Source: Octopus vulgaris (lineage: Eukaryota). Taken from it: 64,000 bases of DNA. Numbering within the stretch: position 1 is the first letter of the stretch; each line of letters begins with the position of its first letter. The stretch covers positions 124,310,001 through 124,374,000 of the forward strand of contig OX597814.1 of assembly GCA_951406725.2 (NCBI GenBank). Reading direction: 5' to 3'. The translations under genes and the position numbers were made by a program. A model generated the notes under the pieces. It did no database searches. It was not told the DNA's origin and saw only the letters and a list, made by a program, of their open reading frames with translations. Below, piece after piece: positions 40,478 through 58,428 of this stretch.

Positions 40478-40975
40478 CTGTTAGAATTGGGAAAAGGTAG
40501 AAAATGGTATAAACATGAGCCAACGGGTGTGGTAGAAAATGACAGCCAAATTCCCATGATCCAATGTGATCATGGAATCGGACATTGGAAATCTGATATT
40601 GTGCTGGTAGATAATAGGGAGGGGTTAAATCATGTCTGATCTCAAACATCACGTGTCCTGGAGACAGAAGAAACGTCGAAAAAGAAGAAAAATTGGCAAG
40701 AAATGAACCTCTGGTGCGATAAATCAAAAGGCCCTGGTCAGTGGAAAAGGTGTAGACTGTGTCAATAACAGTTGGCTCCCAAGGAGCAGTGAACAATAAA
40801 ATTAAAAAGTGGTTGGAAAATAGAGCACACCCAAAAAAGAGCATTACTTAGCCGCGCGAAGAATCTCCACGAAGTTTTCGAGATGTGGATAAAAATATAC
40901 CACCTTAGGTCATGGGAAGTGAATAGCTGGTACATTAGTGGCACTTCCAGCCATCAGCTATAGCAGATACAACAA
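40477..40975 (+). mobile_element. R4/Dong-like 3' fragment following a (CAG/CAA)n tract
   Basis: KWYKHEPTGVVEN, IQCDH, SDIVLVD, ITCPGD. Confidence 0.75.
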
Positions 40976-41099
40976 CATCAACAACAACAACAACACCGAT
41001 AATAATAATGTCTTCAAATTTTGCCACAAGGGCAGTAAGTTTGGGGGAGGGGATTCATTGATTGACAGTATTTTATATCGCTTGCACATACTTTTCATC

Positions 41100-42300
41100 A
41101 GATTTACTAAAAGTAGAACTTCCACCTTCTCCTCACCCACCATTACAAGTGGAACTTGAAGAATTTGATGAAGGTTTGATCGGAGAGACAAGAATTCCGT
41201 CTTCAACATCTTTCAGTCTCTATCACCATAGATCAAGAAAAACTAGTTGTCCTCAGCCAGACGAAGGTGACAGAAGGTCCGACACACAACGACAGTTTTT
41301 CGACAGAACTTCACATGTCAGCAATGCTCACATTCTGAACGAGTACGTGAAGGACGGCTTCACAGTTCTCAGCTTATCTCATAGTGAACTGATTATACGT
41401 CTGTCTCTAGTGCTTATCTTGAACCAGCAATGCACTTCTTTTCTTCAGTCAAGCTAGGCCAAGAAATTCCAGAAGTTTTTTATAGGCTTTGAGTCTTCTG
41501 GGATTAAATTCTCAGCCTGAATTCTTTGAAGCTTAGGGTCTTCTCGAGAACGTTTTCACCTTATACTGCTAGTGACATTCCAACAACCGCATTGTCCGAT
41601 TGGTAGGGGACACTGAGTACCCTGGAACATCCCAGATGCTAGACCCACGAACGTGGTCTTCGCTCGATCCAGGGATAAAAAAAGAGACAAGTTTTAGAGG
41701 AATGTGCTTTATAAATAGTGGCAATACCTCCTCATCACCTAAGAATCTATGAAAAAGTTGCAATATGAACGCATACCAGTGTATCATTGGTCTCAGAAAA
41801 GCAAGCCGTCCGTGCAGGTGTTGGCAGCAAATTGACATCCAGCCAAGAGAAGCCGTATAAGAACAGAAAGAGCAAACCTTCCAACTTGATCCGATGTAAT
41901 TTGGAGCAAGGCATCATGATCAGGTGATAATATATGACTGAAATGTTGCATGTATTTGCTAACTTTTTTTGATGTATCAGGCACAGCTTCTAAAATTCCT
42001 CGTAGCTTCACTCCATTTGTTATCTATCTAGAAGTCTGGCCCGAAGCAGACTTTAAGAAATTTAACTGGACTGTTGGCCCAGTAACAGATGACACAGTTG
42101 CTGATTAGCATGAACTTGACTTTCCAGGGTTTCCAGTTGTATTCCCATCGACTCATTTGAAATGCACTTGTAAGTGTTCTTCCCTCTCTCTGGAAGGAAT
42201 ATTAGACATGGCGCCACGATATTCACCACCATGTATGTGGCGCTTTGCCTTCGATTGGATAGAGCGTTCTTAGTAGAACCTTCTTATTTGCTTAAACAAT
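41100..42300 (-). mobile_element. Decayed L1/Tx1-like LINE fragment
   Basis: SMGIQL..WK, SPVKFLKVCFGPDF*IDNKWSE and SICCQHLHGRL resemble the Tx1 RT C-terminal region. Confidence 0.62.
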
Positions 42301-43448
42301 AAAATTCTCCACGAGGATTAGCGGGGATTGTAGTTATTGTGTTATGACCAGTGAAATTAGCTGTATTTGTGCAGGGTATGGTGGATGTGTTGTTGCTACG
42401 GTTGTTGGTGTTTTGTTGCCAATACTGTTGGTGCCAAACGGTTACAATGACCATGCGATAAAGATGCCAGCTGTTGAAGATGCTAAATTTCTACTGCTGT
42501 GTTTTTCGCGGCCTTCGCCACTGCCATCATTTTCAAATTGATGACACAAGTGTTAATGTAGTTGATGGTGGAGCTGGCGATCTTAAACGTCATTAACGGC
42601 GCCACTGATTACTGGAATGAATTTCGGTGGAAAAAAACCACATCCTTTTCTCTTCTTTTTGTTTCACTGAAAGGTCTTCGTACCTTCAACCGTCACTTTC
42701 CCTTTTCCTTTCCTGTCTAACTAGTTTTCAAGATAATAAATAAATGAAAAAGAAATCAAATAGAATAAATATATGACGCTTTATCAAAATAATTATTTGT
42801 TAAATGAAATTTTTAAAAGTGTGCCTTCAGGAGGCTGTTGTACACTTGTATAGCGAGTCTAACAAAAAATATATATGACTTCTATTGTGCATTTCAAAAG
42901 CATAATTTATCGTTCAGCAATAACTACAAAAGCAACTTCAACACCATCAGCAGCATCAGGAGCATCAGCATCAGGAGCAGCAGCAACAGAAACAACAACA
43001 ATAATAATGATCTAAATTTTGGCAGAAGGTTAGCGTTTTAAGGAGTGGGGAGTCAGTCGATTATATCGACCTCTGCCTTACCTGGTACTTTTTCTTATTG
43101 ACCCTGAAAGGATGAAGGGCAAAGTTGACCTCGGTGACATCTGAACTTAGAATGTACAAAGCCGGAAAAAATGCAAAATTACATTTTCTCCGATGCCCTA
43201 ACGATTCTGCCAGCAGGGACTTCGTCATATAGACTGCCTACACTATTGAGGCAAGACGGTCAGATATGATTACAGAGGACAAAATAAGCAAACAGTATAA
43301 GATAATAGATTTTTGTAATTTAAAACCCTAGGCTTAACACCAACATGAACTGCTATCTTGTTGTCTCTTGAAGGTTTCTGGGTGAGACTTGGAGCCAACT
43401 TGTACAAATACAAAGCAAAAGTCAAATATAATAATAATAATAATAATG

Positions 43449-43526
<78 letters not shown>

Positions 43527-43529
<3 letters not shown>

Positions 43530-44195
43530 CAGTACCAGGTAAATGCCCTGATGCAGTACCAGGCAATGCCCTGATGCAGTACCAGGCAATGCCCTGATGC
43601 AGTACCAGGCAATGCCCTGATGCAGTACCAGGTAAATGCCCTGATGCAGTACCAGGCAGTGGCTCTCATGGCTTCTGATCTTAACTGATTGGAAGTGTTA
43701 TCATGTACATTGTTTTGTCTTGGTATAAAAGATGGGCTACAGCAAATATTCTGCTCAATACCACAGATTTGCTTGTCAGTTGTTTGACCTTAACCAGTTG
43801 AGCATGTCCCTTAGTGGCTGACGATATGTGCATCTCTGATCACGAGCAGAAGTAGTGGGGGAGCATCATAGCCATGTGTTGAGAAGGATTCTTTGGGGTT
43901 TGAATAATTCACCTCTGGAAACATGGGTGTTTCGTTCAACGTCCTTAAACAACCCTTATTCAGGGACCTTTTGAGCGGGATGGGTTACTCGATCTGAAGA
44001 AAATTCTAACTGGGCTCCACCTGCAAGGTCATGTGCTGTTTATCTTGATATGAGATCACCATGTCGCGCACATATGGTTGTGATGCATGTGCCTGGTGTA
44101 CCCTTATCAGACGGGTAGTCATGATGGGTATACTGGGCTTCGTATATTTTACCCCAGTGTCACTTTGATGGCATGCTCTGCTCGCTCACTCAATA
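43527..44195 (+). mobile_element. Non-coding element embedded in (AAT)n with its 5' 23-mer repeated five times
   Basis: Unit aatgccctgatgcagtaccagg(c/t) at 43527-43657. A truncated second copy lies at 45760-46130. Confidence 0.85.
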
Positions 44196-44228
44196 CTAAT
44201 AATAATAATAACAACAAGAACAACAATA

Positions 44229-44260
<32 letters not shown>

Positions 44261-44508
44261 AAGAGCATAGTCGCTTTGAATTTTCTTTCCTGTTCCCCCT
44301 TCACTTCCCTTGTTTCCTTGTATTCATTTCTTTTTTATTTTCTTCTTTCTCTCTGTTTTACTTCCTCCATTTTTTCTATCACATGACTTTGTAAATGAAC
44401 AATTTGGTGTCTTTATTTTAATGACCTACCAATATATATACAGTGAGTTTCTTTGCCCTAGGCATCGGGAAGACTCTCGGCAAGAAATGGAAACAAAATT
44501 GAAAGAAG

Positions 44509-44585
<77 letters not shown>

Positions 44586-44610
44586 TTAAAATAATAATAA
44601 TAATAATAAT

Positions 44611-44954
44611 TGACCCACGAATAGTCAAGAAAGAAGGCGAAAATAGAAATAGATACAACCTTCTTATGTACGTAATAGCCCTGCTATGGAAAATGAAGAA
44701 GGTGAAGATAGTGCCAACTGTTTTTGGGTCCTTGGGAACAGTATCGGAAGGCATGAAGGGGAATATAAAGGAAATTGGAATAGAGTACACAGTGGAACAA
44801 TTACAAAAGGCTTGCCTCCTTGGCACGGCCAGAATAATCCTGAAAGTATTAGATTGCTGCAAAGAATGGATAGCATGGTACCATAGGCTGCAGGTAGCAA
44901 GCCTGCTACGCATGCAGGTCTCTAGGAGCTCCAACAAAACCTGTGATAAAGAGA

Positions 44955-45023
<69 letters not shown>

Positions 45024-45500
45024 CAGGAGGCTTTGTTAGAAAATGATAATTATAAGATCTTGTGGGATTTCTCCATAAAGCCTAACTATTCTATAGAAGC
45101 AAGTAGATCAGATATGATTATAGAGGATAAAATGAACACATAGTGTGAGATGATAGGTTTTGAAATTCCCTATGGTAACAGTAAATATCAAAGAAACTAA
45201 AAAAAAAAAAAAAAAAAAAGAAAAAATTTATTATCAGGATCTAGTCAGAGAACTGAAGATACTGTGGAAAACCAAGACAGCAATTATGCCAGTAGTAATT
45301 GGTAAACTTGGCACAACACCCAAGTTGCTTAATAAAAGACTGTAAGAAATTGGAATTGAAACTCACGTTGTCGATCTGCAGAAAAGTACCATTGTGCATC
45401 CTGCAAGAATTCTAAGGAAGAATCTTGAGATCTGAAGAGATTTTTTTTCACTGAACATCACGATAAAATATCTGCTAACTAAAATAATATGCACTAGCAT
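44611..45500 (+). mobile_element. Two short R4/Dong-like 3' fragments separated by (AAT)n
   Basis: LWKMKKVKIVPTVFGSLG..LQKACLLGTARI (44611-44957); KILWDFSI..RSDMII..PVVIGKLG (45024-45500). Confidence 0.85.
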
Positions 45501-45524
45501 AATAATAATAATAATGATAATAGT

Positions 45525-45735
45525 TTCAAAATTTGGCACAAGGCCAGCAATTTTTTGGGGGAGGGGGCTGAGTCGATTACAACGACCTTAGCGTTCAACA
45601 GGTACTTATTTTATCGACCTCAAAAGGATTAAATGCAAAGTAGACTTCAGCGGAATTTGAACTCAGAACATAGAGACTAACGAAATGTCGGTAAGCATTT
45701 TGCCCGGTATGCTAAAGATTCTGCCAGCTCCCCGT
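45525..45735 (-). mobile_element. SINE family B, diverged
   Basis: gcggaatttgaactcagaac...ctgccagctc. Confidence 0.8.
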
Positions 45736-46139
45736 TTTAATAATAATAGTGGCCGGCAATACGTGCATCTCTGATCATGAGCAGAAGTAGTTGGGGAGCA
45801 TCATACCCATGTGTTGAAAGGAATTCTTGGATGTTTGGATAATTCACCTTTGGAAACATGGGTGGTTCGTTCAACATCCTTAAACAATCCTTATTCAGGG
45901 ACCCTTTGAGCGGGATGGGCTACTCAACCAGAAGAAAATTCTAACTGGGCCCCGCCTGCAAGGTCATGTGCTGTTTGTCTTGATATGAGATCACCATGTC
46001 GCGCACATAATGTTGTGATGCATGTGCCTAGTGTACCCTTATCAGACGGGTAGTCATGATGGGTATACTGGGCTTCGTATATTTTGCCCCGGTGTCGCTT
46101 TGATGGCATGCACTGCTCTCTCACTCAATGATAATAATG

Positions 46140-46257
<118 letters not shown>

Positions 46258-46267
46258 TAATAATAAC

Positions 46268-46870
46268 AAATACTACAAAATTGGCATTGCTGCTTATTGG
46301 TATGAACATCATCTTGAGCCAGAGGTTGAAGGTAAAATTGTCATTATCCTCTTTGATTTTCCTGTCAACTCTGACAGAACGATCCAGGCTAATCGACCAG
46401 ACATAATCAATAAAGACAAGGAAGAAAATTCTTGTAGAATAATAGACGTAAATGTTCCTACTGATAAAAATATATCTGTGGAGGAATTTGATAAATTAAG
46501 TAAATATAAGGACCTGGGAATTGAAATGGAAAAGATGTGGTATCTTAAAGCGAGAATTGTTCCTGTTATAGTAGGGGCCCTAGGTATGATAAAAAAGAAC
46601 GTCAGAAACTTTAGATAATATCCCAGGAGAACCATGTCTCAGAGAAATCCAAAAGATTGTGCTGAGAAGTACTGCCCGCATACTTAGAAAAACCTTATCC
46701 ATTTAAATGTCTGTGTTATATTACATGAAGATATTTCGCTACTGCTCCTGCCATTTGTGCTCCCCAAGCTTTCAGTCATACTGTAACATCTCTTGTCCTT
46801 CACTCGCTCTAGGACGCTGGGTGTGTTTCGGAAAATGATTGTAACAAACATGCAGATTAAAAGTAAATAA
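46268..46870 (+). mobile_element. R4/Dong-like RLE 3' fragment
   Basis: WYEH..FDFPVNSDRTIQANRPDII..IDVNVP..KLSKYKDL..PVIVGALG. Confidence 0.9.
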
Positions 46871-46989
46871 CAACAACAATAATAATAGAAATAATGACAG
46901 GATCAAGCAAAGTAAACAAGACCGAGGGCTCTGAGAAGTAAAATAACAACAACAACAACAACAACATTATTTATGCATCTACTAAGGTA

Positions 46990-51735
<4,746 letters not shown>

Positions 51736-51738
51736 TGG

Positions 51739-51788
<50 letters not shown>

Positions 51789-52931
51789 AATATGGGTTAA
51801 TATCGGTACTGCTGAATAAGATAATTCCAACACAGATTGAATCAAGAGAGACTTGGAAACAGAGCTGTCTAGAAAATCTGAAATAAATAACATCACAACG
51901 AAAAGCAAAATCAAAATTTACAAACATACATAAATAAATAAATGAAGAAAAAATGAAAGAGATGCTATCAGGGCCTCTGTAAGTGCGGCTATTAAAGCAC
52001 AAATTATATCGTTGGAATAGTATACATGTCTATTAATGAGATCAACATGTAACATGAAGAAAAACAAAGAGAAATGAACTTTTCAATAGTAACAAAATGA
52101 TTTGAAACGATACCAGTAAATACAGCTGATACTTATTTAGTTTTGTATTTCAATGATTACTGCGAATAAAATGTGTTCGTTAAGTAACGCTTCTTTAAAT
52201 AATGTTTCCTTTAAATAAATAACTGAAAATTGGGATAATCAATACAAAAAGAAACCGACTTTTAAATACTAACAAAACAAACGAATTTTAGATAAGTGTA
52301 CACTATTTAAAAAGAAATCAAAGATGTCATTTATATAAAAAAATCAAATTAATCACCAACAAAATGCTTTTGATCGGGCTTATGTTGTATGATGGATTTC
52401 TTAGTGTTAGCTTATTACTAATATAATACGAAGATAGCATATTGGTTTAGAAGCAGTACTCTCTCACTAGATTGATTCTAAAGAAAACAGTTTGTCTTTT
52501 ACTGTGCGTGCTTAAAATTACAAGCAAAATTAAAAGAAATATAGTCGACCAATGAACACTATGTTGTAGTGTTATGCACATGTTACCCGTTAACATTATA
52601 TCCAATTCATACGAGTACCATAAAAGATACATGAGTTGAGAGAAAAGCGAGGAAGTAAGGGAAATATCTCTGCAAAAACATTTGGGAATGTACGGAGATT
52701 TATAATAAAGATAGCAAGATTCCCCCAAATTGAAACAAAGCAGATTAAAAAAAGAATTCATACTGAACATACCACAAAATGACCGACTGTATATGGTCTG
52801 TCACAAATCAATAAAAGCATTAAAACAGAAACCACTACATATAACAATACATAATAAACCACGAAAGAAAATAATGTAGCAGAGAAAACCACACATACAA
52901 TAAAAGATACCACAAAACAGTGAATATATTA

Positions 52932-53543
52932 TTTTCTACTTTAGGAACAAGGCCTGAACATTTTTGGTGGGCGAGGGGGGATTAAGTCGACCCCAGTACG
53001 CAACTGGTACTTAATTTATCGACCCCGAAATGATAAAAGGCAAAGTCGACCTCGGCGGAATTTGAACTCAGAACGTAAAGACAGACGAAATACTGCTAAG
53101 CATTTCGCTCGGCGTGCTAACGTTTCTTATTTCTTTATTGCCCACAAGAGGCTAAACATAGAGGGGACAAACAAGGACAAACAAACGGATTGAGTCGATT
53201 ATATCGACCCCAGTGCGTAACTGGTACTTATTTAATCGACTCCGAAAGGATGAAAGGCAAAGTCGACCTCGGCGGAATTTGAATTCAGTACGTAAAGACA
53301 GACGAAATACCTATTTCTTTACTACCCACAAGGGGCTAAACACAGAGAGGACAAACAAGGACAGACAAACGGACTAAGTCGATTACATCGATCCCAGTGC
53401 GGAACTGGTACTTATTTAATCGACCCTGAAAGGATGAAAGGCAAAGTCGACCTCGGCGTAATTTGAACTTAGAACGTAGCGGCAGACCAAATACCGGTGA
53501 GCATTTCGTCCGGCGCGCTAACGTTTCTGCCAGCTCGCCGCCT
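52932..53543 (-). mobile_element. Three-unit SINE family B array with one 19-bp TSD
   Basis: caaaacagtgaatatatta at 52913-52931 and 53544-53562. Confidence 0.92.
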
Positions 53544-53914
53544 CAAAACAGTGAATATATTACAAATCCCAATTACATAGGAAACCCACAAGGCTTTGTA
53601 GCTAATAAAAAACAGACATGCGATTAGAGTTGACTATGACAGGTTACGGTATAGTTTCTTGGAACAACATTTCAGCGTCGGAAAAACTATTCATTTGAAA
53701 GAAACATTTACGAGAGAAGAAAGTAAAAATATATGAATTAATTAAGAGTGATTTCTGGAAGATACTTTACACGACAGTTTACTCAATTTTATAATGAAAG
53801 AATCACATAAACGAAATTGAGCAGCATAGTGAAATTACACAAATTTGACATCCCTACACGGTCTTCTTAATATGGAGTGCAGTTTAAGTTATGGATACAA
53901 GGAATGTGCATAAG

Positions 53915-54143
53915 CGTAGGAGTGGTTGTGTGGTAAGTTGCTTGCTTACCAACCACACGGTTCCGGGTTCAGTCCCACTAGATGGCACCATGGGCAGGTG
54001 TCTTCTATTATAGCCTCGGGCCGACCAAAGCCTTGTGAGTGGATTTGGTAGATAGAAACTGAAAGAAGCCCGTCGTATATAGCATGGCCGCAGCTCTGAG
54101 CTGAAGCTAGAGAGAAAAAATATATATATATATATGTATGTGC

Positions 54144-54180
<37 letters not shown>

Positions 54181-54375
54181 TATGCGTCTGTGTGTCTGTA
54201 TTTGTCCCCCCAACATCGCTTGTCAACCGATGCTGGTGTGTTTACGTCCCCGTAACTTAGCGGTTCGGCAAAAGAAACCGATAAAATAAGTACTAGGCTT
54301 ACTGGGGTCGATTTGCTCGATTAACGGCGGTGCTCCAGCATGGCCACTGTAAAATCACTGAAACAAAATGAAAGA
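53915..54375 (+). mobile_element. SINE family A
   Basis: ggagtggttgtgtggtaag head; internal microsatellite. Confidence 0.92.
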
Positions 54376-55144
54376 ATAGAAGAATGAAATATTTCCGAAT
54401 AACAAGGAATCTCGACTTGAATCTTAATAAAGTACAGCTTGTATTCTTACATACAGGGCTTGACGTAATATTCATTACACAAGAATGTATCAAGGAAACT
54501 GTGAGGAAGATTGACACCACCGTAAAACCAGTTGACACCCCTATACCCGTCTGGTATTCACTTACTGTGGAGAATCCCGAACGTGTATCGCTTCGTAGAT
54601 CTACAAGACTAAGTAAACTGTCTGAGCATGGAAATTTGTAAACATTTGTGAACTCTGATATTTTGATGTATTTGAGAAAACTGTGTATGTGGATTGATGT
54701 CTATTATGATAACAACAACAACAACAAATGACAACAACAACAATAACAAGAACAACAGCAACAATAACACAAACACCTACAGCTGACAATAACAATTTAT
54801 TAAATAGAGAAAAATGTTATAAGAGCGGCTTATTATAGGTTGTCGGAGTGTTTCATGTAACAACAGTTCGGTGTCAGTAGAACTATTCATTTGAATGAAA
54901 TATTTACGAGAAAAGCTACTGAAAATATATAGCTCTTATATTGATTTAGAGTTGCTTCTGAACAACACATAAGACAAAGTAAAAAGAACTAAAATTCACA
55001 AAGATAGAGAAAACCAGTGAAGACAATAGACATCTTCAGAGAAACACTTAACCAAATACACAACCGCTACAAGAGTATAAAGTCAGTATCAACAACGAAT
55101 GACAAACAGAATGAAATACGTTGAACAACTGACCAATCTGAGTT

Positions 55145-55580
55145 TAGGTTGAGGAAGAGGTAACGGGAATAATAATGGAGAAGGACATGGAGGAGGCGAG
55201 GACGGGAAGAAGAGGAGGAGAAGGAAAAGGAGAAGGAGATGAAGGTATAGAAGGAAAAAGGAAGAGAAGAGGAGGAGAAGGAGCATATGAAGTCATAAAA
55301 GAAAAAAGATGAAATGAAGGAGAGAAGAAGAAAAAAGAAAATGAGGAAGAGAGAGAGAGAGATGAAGACATAGAGGAAAAGGTGAAACGAAGGAGGAGGA
55401 AGAGGAGAGGAAGAAGAAGAAAGGAGGATAAGGGAAAAGAGAAGAAAAAAGTAAAAGAAAGGAAGAGAAAGTAAATAAGGAGAAGGAGGGAAAAGGTGGA
55501 GCAAGAGAAGATAACACGAAGAAAATAAGAAAGAAGAAGAAGAAGAAGAAGAAGAAGAAGAAGAAGAAGAAGAAGAAGAA
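55145..55580. repeat. Polypurine low-complexity tract ending in (GAA)n
   Basis: Direct inspection. Confidence 0.92.
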
Positions 55581-55827
55581 TTTCGCCGGGGTCGATAAAG
55601 TAAGTATCAGTTGAGAATCAATAACGGACAGGATGATGCAATCTGTTCAGTTGGTATTGCAGTAGTGTGAGACACTGGGTTTAACCTATTCGAGTTGGAT
55701 CCGCTGCTAACTTGTGGCTCCCAAATTGGAAAGGAAATATACAACATAAAACTATGAAATAAACAGAACAAATCTATTCATACTTAGAGAAATAGAAGAG
55801 GAGGGACTAAATATGAAAAAGAATATA

Positions 55828-56730
55828 TACAAGGGTGGGACAAAATAATGGAAACACCTTAGAATTTCAAACAAATTTATTTTAATATGGGGTAGGACCG
55901 CCTTTAGCAGTAATTACAGCTTGAATTCAACGCGGTCTGGACTAGTACAGTTTGAATTGTTTCCAAAGGAATTTGTCTCCATTCTTCAGCTAAAACTGCC
56001 TCCAGTTCTTGTAGTGTTGATGGTGGAAGATATCGACTCCTTATTTGTTTTTCTAAATGTTCAATAAATGTTCAATAATATTGAAATCTGGGGACTGTGG
56101 TGACCAGATAAGATTTTCAACTTCACTAGAATGTTCATTATGTCATTCAGTAACAACTTTAGCAGTGTGAATTGGTGCATTATCATCCTGAAAGATTGCG
56201 TTTCCCATAGGATGAATTTGATCAGATAAAATGCTTAAATAATCTTGACTATTAATTCTGCCATGAAGGGAAACCATTGGGCCGGAGGATTTCCAAGATA
56301 CAGCATCCCAGATCATCATAGATCCTCCTCCATGTTTAACAGTTGGAAGAAGGTAGTTTGGGTCAAATGCTTCTTTTGGCTGTCTCCACACGAGAAAATA
56401 GCATTCTTCCGCTGCTCTAGGGACCAGTTGTGTAGGTTTTTACTCCACTCTAAAAGCTTTGCAACATTTGTTTTTGAAAGTAGTGGTTTTCTGATTGCAG
56501 CCCTCCTGTGAAATCCAGCTTTGTCCAGCTCCCGGCGAACAGTTTTTGTGGAAACTAGGTTCTCGAGGTGGTCATTAAGCTCTGCAGTAATTTGGGGAGC
56601 TGTACTTTTATGATCCTTCCTAACAATTCACGTAAGAGTTCGACGGTCCCTATCTGAAAGTTTTGGTTTTCTTCCGGAGTTTTTCTTTGACGAGGAGATT
56701 TTCCCCTCTTTCTCAAAAGCTGTCATTACT
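55828..56730 (-). mobile_element. Tc1-like transposon, 5'-truncated
   Basis: TIR (ta)caagggtgggacaaaataatggaaaca; SGRKPKLSDRD, TVKHGGGSMMIW, FQDDNAPIH, SPQSPDFNIIE. Confidence 0.92.
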
Positions 56731-56805
56731 CCAGATTCGGTGATTATGCGAATAAGGGGTCCAACTCAGGTCATATATCAGCGTGTGTATATATATATAT
56801 TATAT

Positions 56806-56911
56806 ATTTTTCAGAATGAGTTAAAAAAACCAAGGCTATGAAGATTTTAGAACATTTATAAATGTTCTAAAATCTTCACAGCCTTGGTTTTTTTTATCTC
56901 ATTCTGAAAAA
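56806..56911. repeat. Near-perfect loopless palindrome of a Penelope-type 3' end, between TA tracts
   Basis: Centre aacatttataaatgtt; the arm matches 655-710. Confidence 0.9.
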
Positions 56912-57098
56912 AGAATTTATATATATATATGAAAATAGTAATGCAATACGAAAGTATTGCTTTCCAGTAAAAGATAGCCCGTAAGGGTAAAATTATACAT
57001 ATAAAAGTAAATAAACAGTGAAGCTATACAATAGCGTCGTATTTATTACGATCGCTATTTTCCAGTAAATATCGGTACTTCGTTGTACCATTTATTTA

Positions 57099-57150
<52 letters not shown>

Positions 57151-57335
57151 CATATAAAAACAATTAAGGGTACTACAGGTAGCACCGGCAAGCTAAAAAT
57201 TGCCGTCAGAAGACAACTACAACCACAAAGTTTCGCTGATACACATTAATTGAAGCCGGGAAAATGAGCAAAAATTCTAAACCCACGGGCCAATAACGAC
57301 AAGAATTGTAAAATAAAAAGTCAGACATACCCGTA

Positions 57336-57387
57336 TCGTTACGATTTCTAACTTTGTGGGAATGCCAATTAGTTCTCATCAGCGAGT
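57336..57387 (-). ncRNA. Degenerate type I hammerhead remnant
   Basis: tcg CTGATGA gaact...agtta GAAA tcgtaa cga. Confidence 0.4.
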
Positions 57388-57549
57388 CCCACGTAAGGAA
57401 TGCTAGAAATACCTTAGAATATTATACCAGACCTAGAAAAATATGGTGTCGGAACTCTCATCTTACAAGAAAATATCCAACAATGCATTTGCAGTACCAG
57501 CATTTGGGATACTTGACTGGTTTGCAGATGGAATCCACTCCATAAACGT

Positions 57550-57829
57550 TTTTATAAACCCAACATTGGAATATCAAAGTTTAAAAGGTTTTAATCGACT
57601 AAAAATACAGCAATATACAATACAAACAAAGATTGCTAAATTGTAAGCAAAACCAAACTTCAACGCAATAACATTTTTATGCAGCGAGTTGCTACATTCT
57701 AGACTAATGAAAATCAACGCTGAACATGTCGTCTACAAACAACAAAACAGAACTCAGCGCAGTCGCACTGCTGGCATATAACAGCAATCGAGAAATCAAA
57801 ATCACGTGATCAAAACTAAAATCACAACA
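57550..57829 (-). mobile_element. Solo LTR candidate (280 bp)
   Basis: Minus strand starts tgttgtg and contains attaaa. 5-bp TSD aacgt at 57545-57549 and 57830-57834. Removing it rejoins the LINE frame (IHSINV*ARKIL). Confidence 0.72.
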
Positions 57830-58149
57830 AACGTATAAGCCCGTAAGATCCTTGCATCAACTGGAAACTTCCATAGAAACAGTGATATCGACAGGCTCTA
57901 CATAAGTAGAGGTAAAGAAGGTAGCGGTTTGAGATCGGTGCAGACAGCCTTCGAATGTCCTATAGTCTCTCTCGGATACCACTTGCTAAACAACAGCGTC
58001 AATAATAAACTTAGTGCTGAAAAGCGAAGAGAAACATCCTATGTATCAACAGTGAGCTCCTCGGGAAACATTCTCTTACTGATGACTTTCCATACAACCT
58101 CAAAACAACTTAACGTACCTCAAAGAGGACCTGTATGTGAAACGCTCTG

Positions 58150-58428
58150 CATTGTTTTTTTTTTGTTTTGCGCCCTTTTCAAGCCTAGCCAGGATCATGG
58201 GCCCGGTTTCCCGGTTTCTATGGCGTATGTGTCCCCACCCCAGCTCGACGTGACGCCAGTCCATCGCAGCCTTACTCAAGAAACAGGAAGAAAGAGAGAG
58301 AAAGTTGGGGCGAAACAGTGCAACAGGGGTCGCCACCACCCCCTGCCGGAGCCTCGTGGAGTTTTAGGTGTTTTCGCTCAATAAACACACACAACGCCCG
58401 GTCTGGGAATCGAAACCGCGATCCTCCG
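58150..58428 (-). mobile_element. SINE family C, 5'-truncated
   Basis: Homology to 12555-12803 and 61829-62123. Confidence 0.85.

Noticed and set aside
43527-43660. Resemblance of tgcagtacc..agg to the U2 snRNA 3' end
   Set aside because: The match is only about 10 nt, with no other U2 features.
54384-54641. ORF ending LRRSTRLSK as a gypsy integrase tail
   Set aside because: A single short motif is insufficient.
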